Source: Hypanus sabinus (lineage: Eukaryota). From it: DNA of 64,000 bases. The position numbers were made by a program, and so were the translations under genes. The stretch covers positions 15,314,001 to 15,378,000 of the forward strand of contig NC_082730.1 of the NCBI RefSeq assembly GCF_030144855.1, given 5' to 3'. Below, piece after piece: positions 1 through 10,762 of this stretch (positions within the stretch are counted from its first letter, which is position 1; each line of letters opens with the position of its first letter). The notes beneath the pieces are model-generated. The model did not search any database, was not told where the DNA came from, and was given only the letters and a program-made list of their open reading frames with translations.

Positions 1-231
1 CACAGGCAAACCACTGTGCTGAAAGAAAACTTAGAATAAACAATCCTAAGTGGCCGGGAACGTGAATTACCACACTGGCTGAAACAACGATCTGGCAATG
101 AGTGGATGCAAAGCCGGAGTATCTATGCTGCAGGTTTAGATGAGAATCAGGTGCCACAATCAAGGAGCCCGGGAGTACAGGGGAAAAGGGAATTAGGAGA
201 ATATGAGGAATCAACAGTCTGGAACATGACA
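1..231. mobile_element. Probable end of an LTR-like insertion, truncated by the window start
   Basis: The sequence ends in ...catgaca. It then joins intron sequence (ttgcatttcttttgtgtc) whose paralogues at ~43630 and ~13720 lack this block. Confidence 0.35.
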
Positions 232-383
232 TTGCATTTCTTTTGTGTCAGTTCCAATGTGATAATAATTTTGTTCTCCTTTACACTTTTGTACAGTAAA
301 TGACATGAAATAATCTAGAATCTTGCATCTCCCTGTGTTGATCTGATTTCACCTGTGCATTTTCTGAGAAACTTCTCCTTCAG

Positions 384-704
384 TTTCAGGTGCTTTGTGG
401 GCAGAAGATAAAGTAAGAGGAGTTGTGGGAAGAGCGGTCACAATCGATTGTCACTATGCACCAATGTACCGTTCACACACAAAGTATTTCTGCCACATGC
501 AGGGTCGCCAGTGCACATCGTTCATGATTACAACTGGGACAAATGAGCAGTCTGGAAGTATGACAATCCGAGATAACACATTCCAGGGAACATTTACTGT
601 TACTATGGAGCACCTTTTCTCTAATTATGAAGGACTTTACAGATGTGGAATTATAACATCTGGCAATCATCCAGTGTTTGACATGCATCTACAAGTATCT
701 GACG
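384..704 (+). CDS. Gene 1 Ig V-domain exon (CD300/pIgR-like, 'AEDKVRG' type), intact
   Basis: Tandem acceptors cag|tttcag|, donor G|gtaggt, phase 1-1. Open frame SGALWAEDKVRGVVGRAVTIDCHY...KYFCHMQGRQC...GLYRCG...LQVSD has the B/F-strand Cys and the extra C-C' Cys pair of CD300/pIgR-type V domains. Confidence 0.9.
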
Positions 705-879
705 GTAGGTTTCTTATTGATTGACTTGATGCCTCCACTGAAATGTCTGATTCATATTTTCTCTGGGAGCAATCAGTGCAGCAGGAATATCCTGATGCTC
801 CACAGCAGTACAGAGCCCTGCAGTGAGTTGACAAGAGTAATGAAACCCCTCTCATGTTGCTCTCACCCAGTGGAGGGTC

Positions 880-1410
880 TAACCCACTGATGGGACACCA
901 ATTTCCAGGGGAAAGCTTAGTATATTTTCCTGCCTCTGGACTCCATTAAGTGTCACCCTGTCAGAGGAGGAGGCCTTTGCTATCCTGAGGCACATCGGTG
1001 TGGATTGATCCCCAGGGCCTGCTAAGGTGTTCCCTCGGACCTCATGGGAGACACGTGCAGAAAATACCTGGGCCCTGACAAACATATTTTAGCTATTCTT
1101 AGTAACAGGAGAGGTACCAGAGTGTCAGAGAGAAGCCAAAGTTGTTCTGCTGCTAAAAAAGGCTCTAAGCATAAATTAGGAAATTGTAGGGCAATGAATC
1201 TCACATCAGTTGCTGGAAAGTTACTGGCATGTATTCTAAGTGACCGGATAGACATATCATATTTGGATAGACATGGGCTGATTAAGAATAGTCATCATGG
1301 CTTTGTGTGTGGTAGTACATGTCTAATCAAACTTATAGATTTAATCAAGGAGGTTGCCAGGAAAGTGGATAAAGGCAAGGCAGTGTATGTTGTTTATGTA
1401 CATTTATAGC
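880..1410 (+). mobile_element. CR1-like LINE ORF2 fragment
   Basis: ORF 1044-1409 contains degenerate RT motifs (GNCRAMNLTSVAGKLL, HHGFVCG, KGKAVYVVY). Paralogous copies at ~14380-14900 and ~53700-54235. Confidence 0.8.
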
Positions 1411-1760
1411 AAGGCATTTACCCTCTCCTAAACATCCACAAACATTCATTCTAATGAAACTCCAAACCTCATGCAATAAAGGACTGTACACCATTTGCTC
1501 TTCTTACAAACCGTCATGCAAAAAAAAAAATTCAATTTGTTTACAAGACACCTGCATACCTGTTTCTCGCATTTGCAATTTTTAATATGTACTGTAGAAA
1601 ACAGTCTGTTTTTAGGTTCCTTATATTGAAGTTCATAACCTCATACTGTCCCATTGACCATGTCTTAGCTCCACTTTCATCTATCTATATACAGTTGGGG
1701 AGCCCTGATATCATCATCAAACCACACATATTTATGTCGTTGCTAATGTAGTGTTTACTT

Positions 1761-4700
1761 ATCTTTCTTTTTTCAATATTTGTATTGATTTCGTACAAAC
1801 AAGAATACAGAGTACAGGAGGTTATATTTCAGATATCAACTACAATATATGTGAATCACACTTATAGTCTCATTACCCCATATTAATGTAAATTAAATTG
1901 AATTGTAATATTGAAAAGTAATAGTTTTATTAGACTAAAAAAATCTAAACGCACTGACAAGAAAAGCTCTTTGGTAAAGAAAGAAAAAAAGCAAAAAAAA
2001 ATCCTTATCATATAGTAAAACATATTATTAGCCAACATCTGCACTTGATAATAAATCAAAGATTTTGAAAATAATTCAAAAAGGTCCCTACAATGTTAGA
2101 AACTCTTGACTTGATTCAGAAATTGAACAAATCTTCTAGAAATTCACATAACATTGCTTAGCCATTGAGTATGAATAGGCAGAGCAAAATCCTTCTACCC
2201 AAGCAACAGTGCCCTCCGAGCTATAAGAGAAATAAAAGCCAAAATGTGCAAATCAGGTGTCTCCAAGATAATATCTTTTCCTCCAACAATACAGAATAAG
2301 GCAATCAGAAGGTTTGGTTTAAAATTTACATTAGAAAGTACAGAAAATGTTTGAAATACTTCCAATATTTTTCAAGACTCTGACATGTCCAGAGCAGATA
2401 AATTAATGAAACTTCTCCATTGTTACATCTGTCACAATAGGGAGATATATCCGAATAAAAACAAAACAGTTCATCTTTAGTCATGTGGGCCATATGGACC
2501 ACTTCAAATTTTAGGAGGGAGTGACTGACACACAATGATGAGGTATTAACCAATTTAAAAATTTCATACCAAGTCTTCTTAGAAATTGAAGTCTGTAAAT
2601 CTTGTTCCCAGAGATTTTTAATTTTGTCTAAAGGAATGTGTCTCATTCCCAAAAACATACCCTAAATAATAGATATTGATCCATTATGAAAAGGTTTCAA
2701 ATTAAAAATTACATCTATTAAATTCTTATCAGGACTTTTAGGAAATATATGTAATTGAGATCGCAGAAAGTCTCTAATTTATAAATACCAAAAAAATGGG
2801 TCAACATTAAGTAAGGAGATAGGTCTATATGACAAACATTCAGTTGGGTTCTTATTCTTTTCAAGAATAATCAAAACAGAAGCTTCATAAAAATATTGTG
2901 GCAACCTACCCAACTTAAAGGAGTCTGAAAGGACTAAATAAAAATGAGGTATAAGCAATGTGGAAAAATCCTTGTAAAATGCTCCAGAAAAACAGTCAGG
3001 ACCTGGAGCCTTCCCCGAGTGCAATGAACATACAGCCTCAGCAATTTCCTCATAAGAAATAGGATGATCCAACTGTTTTCGGTTAACATCAGAAAGTGTA
3101 GTGAAGTTTACTTGATCTAAGAAATTATTCATTACAATATTATCTTTAAGAGAATCAGAACTATACAGTTTAGAGTAAAATTCTCTAAATGTATCATTTA
3201 TTATTAAATGGTCAGTTGTCCTATCACCATTAGATTTACATATTTCTTTAATTTGCCATTTAACTTCAAAGGATTTTAAATAGTTAGCAAATAACTTACT
3301 TGTTTTGGCTCCATGAATATAAAATTGACTTTTATCTTTTAGGAGTTGAGTTTCAATTGGATATATGAAAAGAAGATCATATTTAGTTATAATTTCAACA
3401 CACATTTTATGTAAAGCAGGTTCTGGAGTTGAGGCATATTTTTGATCTAATTGTTTCAAATGATTAGTTAGTTCAATTTCATCTTTATTAGTTTTTTTCT
3501 TAACACTCGTAGTATGAAATAATTTGACCTCTAATATAAACCTTGTAGGCATCCCATATAATGAGACTAGAAATCATTTCCAGCATACTCTCTTCAAAAA
3601 AAAAGAATAATTTGTCTCCCAAAATTTTTTAAGATCCTTGTCTGATAGCAAAGTTGGATAAAAATGCCAACATCTGTTTATTTGAAGGAAACCAAGGAGA
3701 TTTAAAGATAAATACGCAGGAGCATGGATCTGAAACAACAATCTCTTTATATTTACTGGATTGAACTAAAGGAATCAATTGGCTGTCAATAAAAAATTAT
3801 CAATCCTGGAAAATGGATGATGCACATGGGAAAAAAATGAGTACTCTTTATCTATTGGATATAAGAAATGCCAGATATCAACAATATCACATTTCATTAG
3901 AAAAGATTGAATAAACAAGGCTGATTTACTAAGTATTGTTGGCTTAGAAGATGGTCAATCTAATACTGGGTCTAGCCAACAATTAAAATCTCCACCCAAG
4001 ACCAATGAGTAAATACTTAGATCAGGTAAAAGCGAAAAAAACCTCAAAAAAACCCTGGATCATCAATATTCAGGGCATACCATTAATTTATTATCAAATA
4101 TTCCTGATACCTCAACAAAATGCCCATTGTTATGAGACACTACTTTGTGTTGAAGAAAAGAAACTGTATTATCTATAAAAATCGAAACACCCGTAGACTT
4201 AGCCTGAAAGGATGAATGAAAGTTGATGTTCTTTCCAATGACTGAAGAGATGTCAATTATCACATTTATGAATGTGAGTTCCTTGTAAAAACAGCTGAAC
4301 CTAATGACATTACTCTCCCAAAAAGAGACTACTGGTTTAGCTCAAAATAAAATTTCAAGGTTAACTGCGTTCCAACTAGACTAAATAAGCGAAAAAGCAA
4401 ACTAGACCTCTTTGAAAGAAAAAAAAACCTCAAAAAATAAGTATAATATAAAATATTTAAAAAAACTAAAATTCAAAACATTAATACACAAGGTATTAAC
4501 TTATTAAAATTTTATTTTCTAAGTAAAGCATTAAAAAGTTCAAAAAGAGACTTAGCTACAAAAGCATATCAAAAGTAAAAGAAGCAATTATTCATGTAAG
4601 AAGATATTAAACAGTCAAACTTCTACGTATAAAATTTGTTGAGCTTCCTGTGTCAAACGAAACCATGTCCAAGAACCATCCCTCAAAATAATTCTGAGCC

Positions 4701-5474
4701 AGGCAGGTTAACAGAGAGACAGCTTAAAATCTTTGTTATACAGTTCTGACAAAACTTTTTTTAAACTTGAAGCGCTCATTCATCACCTCAGGTGAATAAT
4801 CATTGACAATTCTAATCTTCTGACCGTTGTAATCAATCATTCCTCTTTGGCGGGATTCACAAATTAAAAGTTCCTTTGTTTGAAAAGTATGAAGACAGAT
4901 TATCACTGATTAGGGTCTCTCTCCTACGGCAGGTCTGGGCACAAGCTCTTTATGAGCTCGGTTAATCTTAGGTGGAGATTTTAAAATTTTAGGGAATAAT
5001 TTTGGCAAGAAGTTTGCGAAGAATTCCGTAGGCTGATTACCTTCAATTGACTCTTCAAGACCCAGAATTCGTAGATTATTTTGTCTACTTCACGAAGCAT
5101 TTTCAGGTCTTCAATTTTCGTGTTCAAAATTGTCATAGTATCTTCATTCTCCTGTAATCATTTATCATGTTCGCTTAAGGTTTTTTGAATACAATGAAAC
5201 TTTACATCAATTCATTTAATTTCAGAGCTGAGTTGCTGGAACTTCTGCTGGAATTCCTCAGAAAATTCTTTTTTATATTTCTGAAGCATTTCCATAATAG
5301 ATTCCAACATTACGGGAGGGTCTCCTTTTTTAGTACCTTTGGCAGCCGTCATAGTAAAACAATATTATGTTTAAAAGCAAGATTTAAAAACAGGTTTGAA
5401 ACAGCAAAGTAGGTAAGATAGGAGAAGCTACAAAATGCTGTTTTTCCATCAACAACCAGTAGGGATCTTGTAAA
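1761..5474 (-). mobile_element. L1/Tx1-like LINE retaining ORF1 and ORF2 remnants, with the RT core deleted
   Basis: ORF1 remnant starts at ATG 5352 (MTAAKGTKKG...). Endonuclease, pre-RT (ORF 2779-3552, YRPISLLNVD) and C-terminal CCHC region (ORF 2326-2658) follow. Candidate TSD gtttactt/ggttactt; empty paralogous site at ~44752. Confidence 0.85.
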
Positions 5475-5605
5475 GGTTACTTGAAAACAAACCAAAAACT
5501 CAGAGTGAAGGACTCAACGCTGTATAATGCATTTCCAAGTAACTGTGTTCCAAGTCGAAGAAAGTATTTTGATTCTTTAATATTAAAACAATAAAACAAA
5601 TGACC

Positions 5606-5775
5606 TTGTCACTATGGAGCAATGTTCCCCTCACATACAAAGTATTGGTACCATGGATGGATTCAACAGTGTTCAATTTTAGTGGAAACAAAGGGGCAAC
5701 ACAGACGGAGTGACAATTGATTGTGATCACTCTTCCCACTACTCCTCTTACATATTTCTCTGACCACAAAGCACC
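5606..5775. pseudogene. Rearranged N-terminal-type V exon ('SEKYVRG' type): 5' part on the - strand, middle part flipped to +
   Basis: The - strand 5775-5710 reads GALWSEKYVRGVVGRVITINCH. The + strand 5607-5711 reads CHYGAMFPSHTKYWYHGWIQQCSILVETKGQHRRS. The acceptor (cttccctcagtttcag in the 39620 paralogue) is deleted and the 3' part is missing. Confidence 0.85.
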
Positions 5776-5919
5776 ATTTTCAGATTTGAGGGGAAAGGAA
5801 CATCTTAATGCAATCAAATAATTTTGAACATGACGGTAATAACAAGTCCAGGTCATGTCCAGCATGTGGTCCATGACAACACAGCCAATGATTTTGGTCT
5901 GAAGTGCAGTCAGTGCTGT

Positions 5920-6040
5920 TACTGTGTCAGTGCTCTCTCCCCTGTGTCAGTACATTGTGGGTTCACTTCCCACTCCAGAGTCCTGAGCAGAAACCCAGGG
6001 CTGACCTTCCACTGCAGTACTGAGGGAGAGCGGCAGTGTT
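5920..6040 (+). mobile_element. Ancient tRNA-headed SINE remnant resembling DeuSINE/SacSINE1
   Basis: Degenerate B-box (gtgggttcacttcccactccagag) followed by gctgac...cagtactgagggag, matched from recall of the family. Paralogous remnants on - at ~39358-39470 and ~48283-48320. Confidence 0.45.
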
Positions 6041-6118
6041 GAACTTTCAATTACCCTAGAACATGCCGGCCGTTCAAATGTCCACAGAGATCCCAGCTAT
6101 TTCATTTGAGATGCTCCC

Positions 6119-6164
6119 GTGTGCGTGCACACGTGTGTGCGTGTGCGTGTGCGTGTGTGTGTGT
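6119..6164. repeat. Imperfect (GT/GC)n microsatellite
   Basis: gtgtgcgtgcacacgtgtgtgcgtgtgcgtgtgcgtgtgtgtgtgt seen directly. Confidence 0.9.
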
Positions 6165-6755
6165 TTAGACAAGTTTATAAACTTCACAGGAGACCCCTCA
6201 TGATGTCTGAAACTGTGCCCTTTGGATCTGAAGCAAATTTTAAATATTGAACCTATCAAGTATTCTATATGTAGTTGGAAGGTGATACAACAGTGGTCAT
6301 TCGTACTTCAGTGTCTAGAGATCAAAGTATCATTTCAGTAACTGTTGGACTACATTGAGCTCTTAAATCCAACTTATTATATCTAGAATTATAAAGTGAT
6401 GTATCAATAATAATAATGATGAATCACATATCAATAATGATAATTTTCAACTACCAGACTGTCAAAATCCCATCTGGATCAGAAAGGTCTTTGAGGACAG
6501 AAATCGCTCATCCCTCCCCACTCTGGTTTACCTTTGACTCCAGACCTAGTAATGTTCTTTTCTAATTGCCCCACTGGAATGGCCCAGGAAAGACACTGAT
6601 TTCAAGACATAAACGTTGGTTGTCATACTGATCCCTGCAAAGTGAAATCAGATTCCAGCAATAGTAGAACTGATGTTCCTGCTCAGGGGATTTCTCCACG
6701 TGGACATTTTCGCCCCACACCTGGCTCCACACTGTTCCCCTTTTCTCCTTATCTG

Positions 6756-7348
6756 TGGGGGAAACAACTAAATATATCAAGGATGGGGTTAGAAGGGGAG
6801 GTGGGGCATTAATGGAAGTTAGAGAAGTCAATGTTAATGCCATCAGGTTGGAGGCTACCCAGCCGGTATATAAGGTGTTGTTCCTCCAACCTGAGTGTGG
6901 CTTCATCTTGACAGTAGAGGAGGCCATGGATAGACATATTGGAATGGGACGAATAAGATTATTCCCCTCCTTTTTTTTCCCTCTCTGCCCATCACTCTGC
7001 CTGTTCTCCATCTCCCTCTGGCGCTCCCTTCCCCCTTTCTTTCTCTCTAGTCCTCCCGTCCCATGATCCATTCCCTTCCCCAGCTCTGCATCCCTTTTGC
7101 CAATCACCTTTCCAGCTCTCAGGGTCACCCCACCCCCTCCAGTCTTCTCCTATCATTTTGCATTTTCCCCTCCCCCTCCTACTTTCAAATCTCTTACTAT
7201 CTTTCCTTTCAGTTAGTCCTGACTAAGGGTCTCAGCCCGAAACATCGACAGTACTTCTCCTTTTAGATACTGCCTGGCCTGCTGTGTTGCACCAGCATTT
7301 TGTGTGTGTTGCTTGAATTTCCAGCATCTGCAGATTTCCTCGTGTTTG
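6756..7348. mobile_element. Penelope-like element 3' fragment with an inverted 5' segment
   Basis: The - strand of ~6800-6950 encodes SHSNMSIHGLLYCQDEATLRLEEQHLIYRLGSLQPDGINIDFSNF, a GIY-YIG C-terminus-like peptide. 6963-7348 is the continuing 3' tail on +, ending gatttcctcgtgtttg. Confidence 0.7.
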
Positions 7349-7372
7349 CAGAAAAAGCAATGTCCACAGCAT
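7349..7372 (-). pseudogene. Truncated signal-peptide (leader) exon, antisense to gene 1
   Basis: The - strand reads ATG CTG TGG ACA TTG CTT TTT CTG (MLWTLLFL), homologous to the leader at 48395. It is cut by the Penelope-like insertion. Confidence 0.75.
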
Positions 7373-7520
7373 TTTAATCTCGGAGATCACACCAAGACCT
7401 GTCTGTCCTCAGAGAAATGAACGAAACAAAAATAAGGAAGAAGGCAGCAGGAAGTTTGATTTTAAAAAAAACTACAGTAACACAATTGGTATGTGGTACA
7501 TGACAATCTGTAAACAAATT
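7373..7520 (-). promoter_or_regulatory. Inverted receptor-promoter homologue
   Basis: The - strand reads acttcctgctgccttcttccttattttt, matching acttcctgccctcttcttccttattttt ahead of the leader at 34225. ETS core at 7448-7455; tgtggt at 7492-7497. Confidence 0.6.
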
Positions 7521-7569
7521 TTACAAAAAAATGCAAGCCCTTTGACACACAATGCTGTGCATACATGTA

Positions 7570-9140
7570 CGTACTTTAGAAATTACCTCAGATTACTAAT
7601 AGCCCTCTATTTTTCTAAGCTCCATGGACCTATCCAGGAATCTCTTAAAAGACCCTATCATATCCTCCTCCACCACTGTTCCACGTGGGGTCTGACCTGT
7701 GTCCTATATAGCTGTAAAATTATTTCTCAGCTCTTGAACACAATCCCACGGTTGATGGGCAATTCCCCATATGCCGCCTTAACCACACAGCCAATCTGCG
7801 CAGCAACTTTGAGTATCCTATGGACCCGGAACCCACGACCCCACTGATCTTCCACACTACCAAGAGTCTTGCCATTAATACTAGATTCTGCCATCATATT
7901 TGGCCTACCAAAATGAGCCACCTCACACTTATCTGCATTGAACTCCATCTGCCATTTCTCAGCCTGGTTTTTCATCCTATTGATGTCCCGCTGTAACTTC
8001 TGACAGCCCTCGACTCGATCCACAACACCCCTAACCTTTGTGTCATCAACAAATTTACTAACCCAAACCTCACTTCCTCATCCAGGTGATTTATAAAAAA
8101 CACGAAGAGAAAGGGTCCCAGAACAGATCCCTGAGGCACACCACTGGTCAACAACCTCCATCCAGAATATGACCCGTCTACAACCATACTTTGCCTTCTG
8201 TGTGCAAGCCAGTTCTGGATCCATAAAGCAAGGTCCCCTTGGATCACATGCCTCCTTACTTTCTCTTTAAGCTTTGCATGGGGTACCTTGTCAAATGCAT
8301 TGCTGAAATCCATATACACTACATCTACTGCTTCACCTTCATCAATATGTTTAGACACATCCTCAAAAAATTCAATTAGGCTTTCAAGACACAACATGGC
8401 TTTGTCAAAGGCTATTCATAATCATATGATGCATCTCCAAATGTTCATTAATCCTGCCTCGCAGGATCTTCTCCATCAACTTACCAACCACTGAAGTAAG
8501 ACTCAGTGGTCTATAATTTCCTGAGCTAACTCTACTCCCTTTCTTGAATAAAGGAACAACATCTGCAACCTTACAATCTTCTGGAAACTCTCCCGTTCTC
8601 ATTGATGATGCAAAGATCATTGCCAAAGGCTCAGCATTCTCCTCTCTCGCTTCCCACAATAGACTAGGGTATATCTCGTCCAGTCCTGGTGACTTAACCA
8701 ACTTGATGCTTTCCAAAAGCTCCAGCACATCCTTTTGCTTAATGTCTATATGCTCAAGCTTTTCAGTCCAGGGTAAGTCATCCCTACAATCACCAAGATC
8801 CTCTTCCGTAGTGAATACTGAAGCAAGGTATTCATTAAGTACCTTCGCTCCCTCCTCCGGGTCCATACACACTTTTCCACTGTCACACTTGATTGGTCCT
8901 CTTGCTCCTCACATACTTGTGGAATTTCTTGGGGTTTTCCTTAATCCTGCTCACCAAGGCCTTCTCATGGCCCCTTCTAATTTCATTCCTAAACTCCTTC
9001 CTGCTAGCCTTATAATTTTCCAGATCTCTATCATTACCTAGTTTTTTAAATCTTTCATAAGCTTTTCTTTTCTTCATGACTAGATTTTCAACTGCCTTTG
9101 TACACCATTGGTGCCTGTAGTCTACCATCCTTACCGTCTT
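7570..9140 (-). mobile_element. CR1-like LINE ORF2 fragment
   Basis: ORFs 8405-8872, 7972-8397 and 7727-8023 carry [26 protein letters not shown] and [10 protein letters not shown]. It has the same junction as the copy at 48610-50520. Confidence 0.9.
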
Positions 9141-9153
9141 CGAACGTACCTGT

Positions 9154-9200
9154 GATATTTGCATTAATGATCAGGTGAAAATTTATACCTAATAAAGTGG
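9154..9200. mobile_element. Terminal remnant of a Tc1-like non-autonomous element
   Basis: gatatttgcattaatga...tacctaataaagtgg is the same sequence that ends the element at 40169-40680. Another copy is at 50542-50588. Confidence 0.55.
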
Positions 9201-9262
9201 CAGAAGAATGTTTGACTAACAGATGCTCATTCAGAGCCTGAATGTTTAATTGTTTCCCACAG

Positions 9263-9583
9263 AACCTGTGTCTGTTCCTGTGGTTCGATATCTGTCACCA
9301 GCAAATGTCTCACGTCTCGGGGGCTCAGTGTCAGTTTCCTGTGAGTCCCTCCAGGGATCCCTTCCCATTCAGTACAGATGGTATGAACAAACCTCATCTG
9401 GGCATCCAAAGATCTCAGATACCGATGAACTGACTCTACGTTGTCAATCCTTCAACCACACACACCATCAATATTACTGCAAAGCCTCAAATTGGTTTGG
9501 AGCAAGATCCAGTGGAATGGTTAATGTGACAGTCTTCAACAACGGAGGGATCTGCAGTTATGTGACAGAAATCAGTGGCACCA
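9263..9583 (+). CDS. Gene 1 Ig C2-type exon a, intact
   Basis: Acceptor tttcccacag|, donor A|gtaagt, 321 nt, phase 1-1. Open frame PVSVPVVRYLSP...VSCESLQGSLPIQYRWY...YYCKASN...VNVTVFNNGGICSYVTEISGT. Confidence 0.9.
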
Positions 9584-9985
9584 GTAAGTTCTCTTCTCAA
9601 GGGAGGATACATTTAAATATTTATTTATGTTACTCTGTTACTGCTGCTCTTATACTTTTAGTGAGAGTAAGGAATTTCTTTGCATTTGTACAAGTTGCTC
9701 ATTGCAGCCTCTGTGAGGCGTAAATGAAGTGCAGTGATCAGCTAAGTCTGGCACTTCCTCCAGGAAGAAGTAGATCATCTCAAACATAGTTGTACTTGCA
9801 TGTCCAGATAAATTGAGAGCATTCCTTTCATACTTGTCTCTATGGTTTGAAAAGACTAGAATAGGTGTTGAGTTGTGAGACAGTGACACTCTCATAAAAG
9901 CAAAAGTAACAACTGATAATATTGCAAATCTTGTTTGGAATGACGGAAATTTGGCAATGTCAGGGGGCACGCTTGAGTGTGGTTG

Positions 9986-10757
9986 TGTCAGGAAGGGGGG
10001 CCGGATGGACCCAAATGCAGGACTAAGACACTGAAGTACTAGGAGGAGGACAGGATGGGGATGCCAAGGCATTTAAGGGTTAATGCAGGCGGGGCTGGAT
10101 CCAAGAGTTCAGATGAGGCAGGCGGGCAGAAGGATCCCACAGTTCAGACGAGGCAGGCGGGCAGAAGGATCCCACAGTTCGGGGCAGGCAGACAGATTCC
10201 TCATGGTGGGCCGCAGGGATCCCGGGCAGGGCTGCCTCCCAGGCGGGAACACAAAAGCCTGGGCTAGTCGCGGACACCTGGGTAGGTACGGGGCACAACC
10301 CTTAGGGAGCAATAGGTGGAAGGGGCAGAACCCCCGCCGGTCTGCAGCAGTCCAGCCGGACCTGTCCAATAGAGGCAACGAGTAGGAGGGGCAGAACCCT
10401 CGCCGGGCAGTGGCAGTCCAGCCGAATCCACCCAATGGAGGTAATGGGTAGCAAGCTGGGACCAGCGCACAGGAGAGAAGTAGGGGAACAAGACCAACTG
10501 GATAGAGCATATACAGAACAGTCCAGCAACCAGGGCAGACCAGGATACAGAACAAAATGACCACCCGCCCTGTCTCTGTCCCACGGCCCCTTATAACCAC
10601 CTGCAGCTGAATTGGCCACAGGTGTGCCTCCTTGATCCAGGATCATCTTAACAGGATCAAAGGGGCCGGGAGGGACCGCTGTAAGGCCCGGAGTCCGGAG
10701 CACTCAGACTGGATCGAGACCCGGAACGTGGATTACGGACCGGACTGGATCCTGACA
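9986..10757. mobile_element. GC-rich solo LTR (772 bp)
   Basis: Termini tgtcagga...tcctgaca. 5-bp TSD ggttg (9981-9985, 10758-10762). Empty sites gagtgtggttgctattac at ~41217 and ~51346. Internal 35-bp tandem repeat at 10106-10175. Confidence 0.85.
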
Positions 10758-10762
10758 GGTTG

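Noticed and set aside
384-704. V exons as rearranging Ig/TCR V segments
   Set aside because: Each ends in a GT splice donor after a complete G strand, with no heptamer-nonamer recombination signal.
10106-10175. Short direct repeats resembling a CRISPR array
   Set aside because: There are two adjacent units with no unique spacers, inside a eukaryotic LTR.
10055-10703. Many overlapping 70-163 aa ORFs on both strands
   Set aside because: All lie within the GC-rich solo LTR; they have no domain motifs, and stop-poor frames are expected at this composition.
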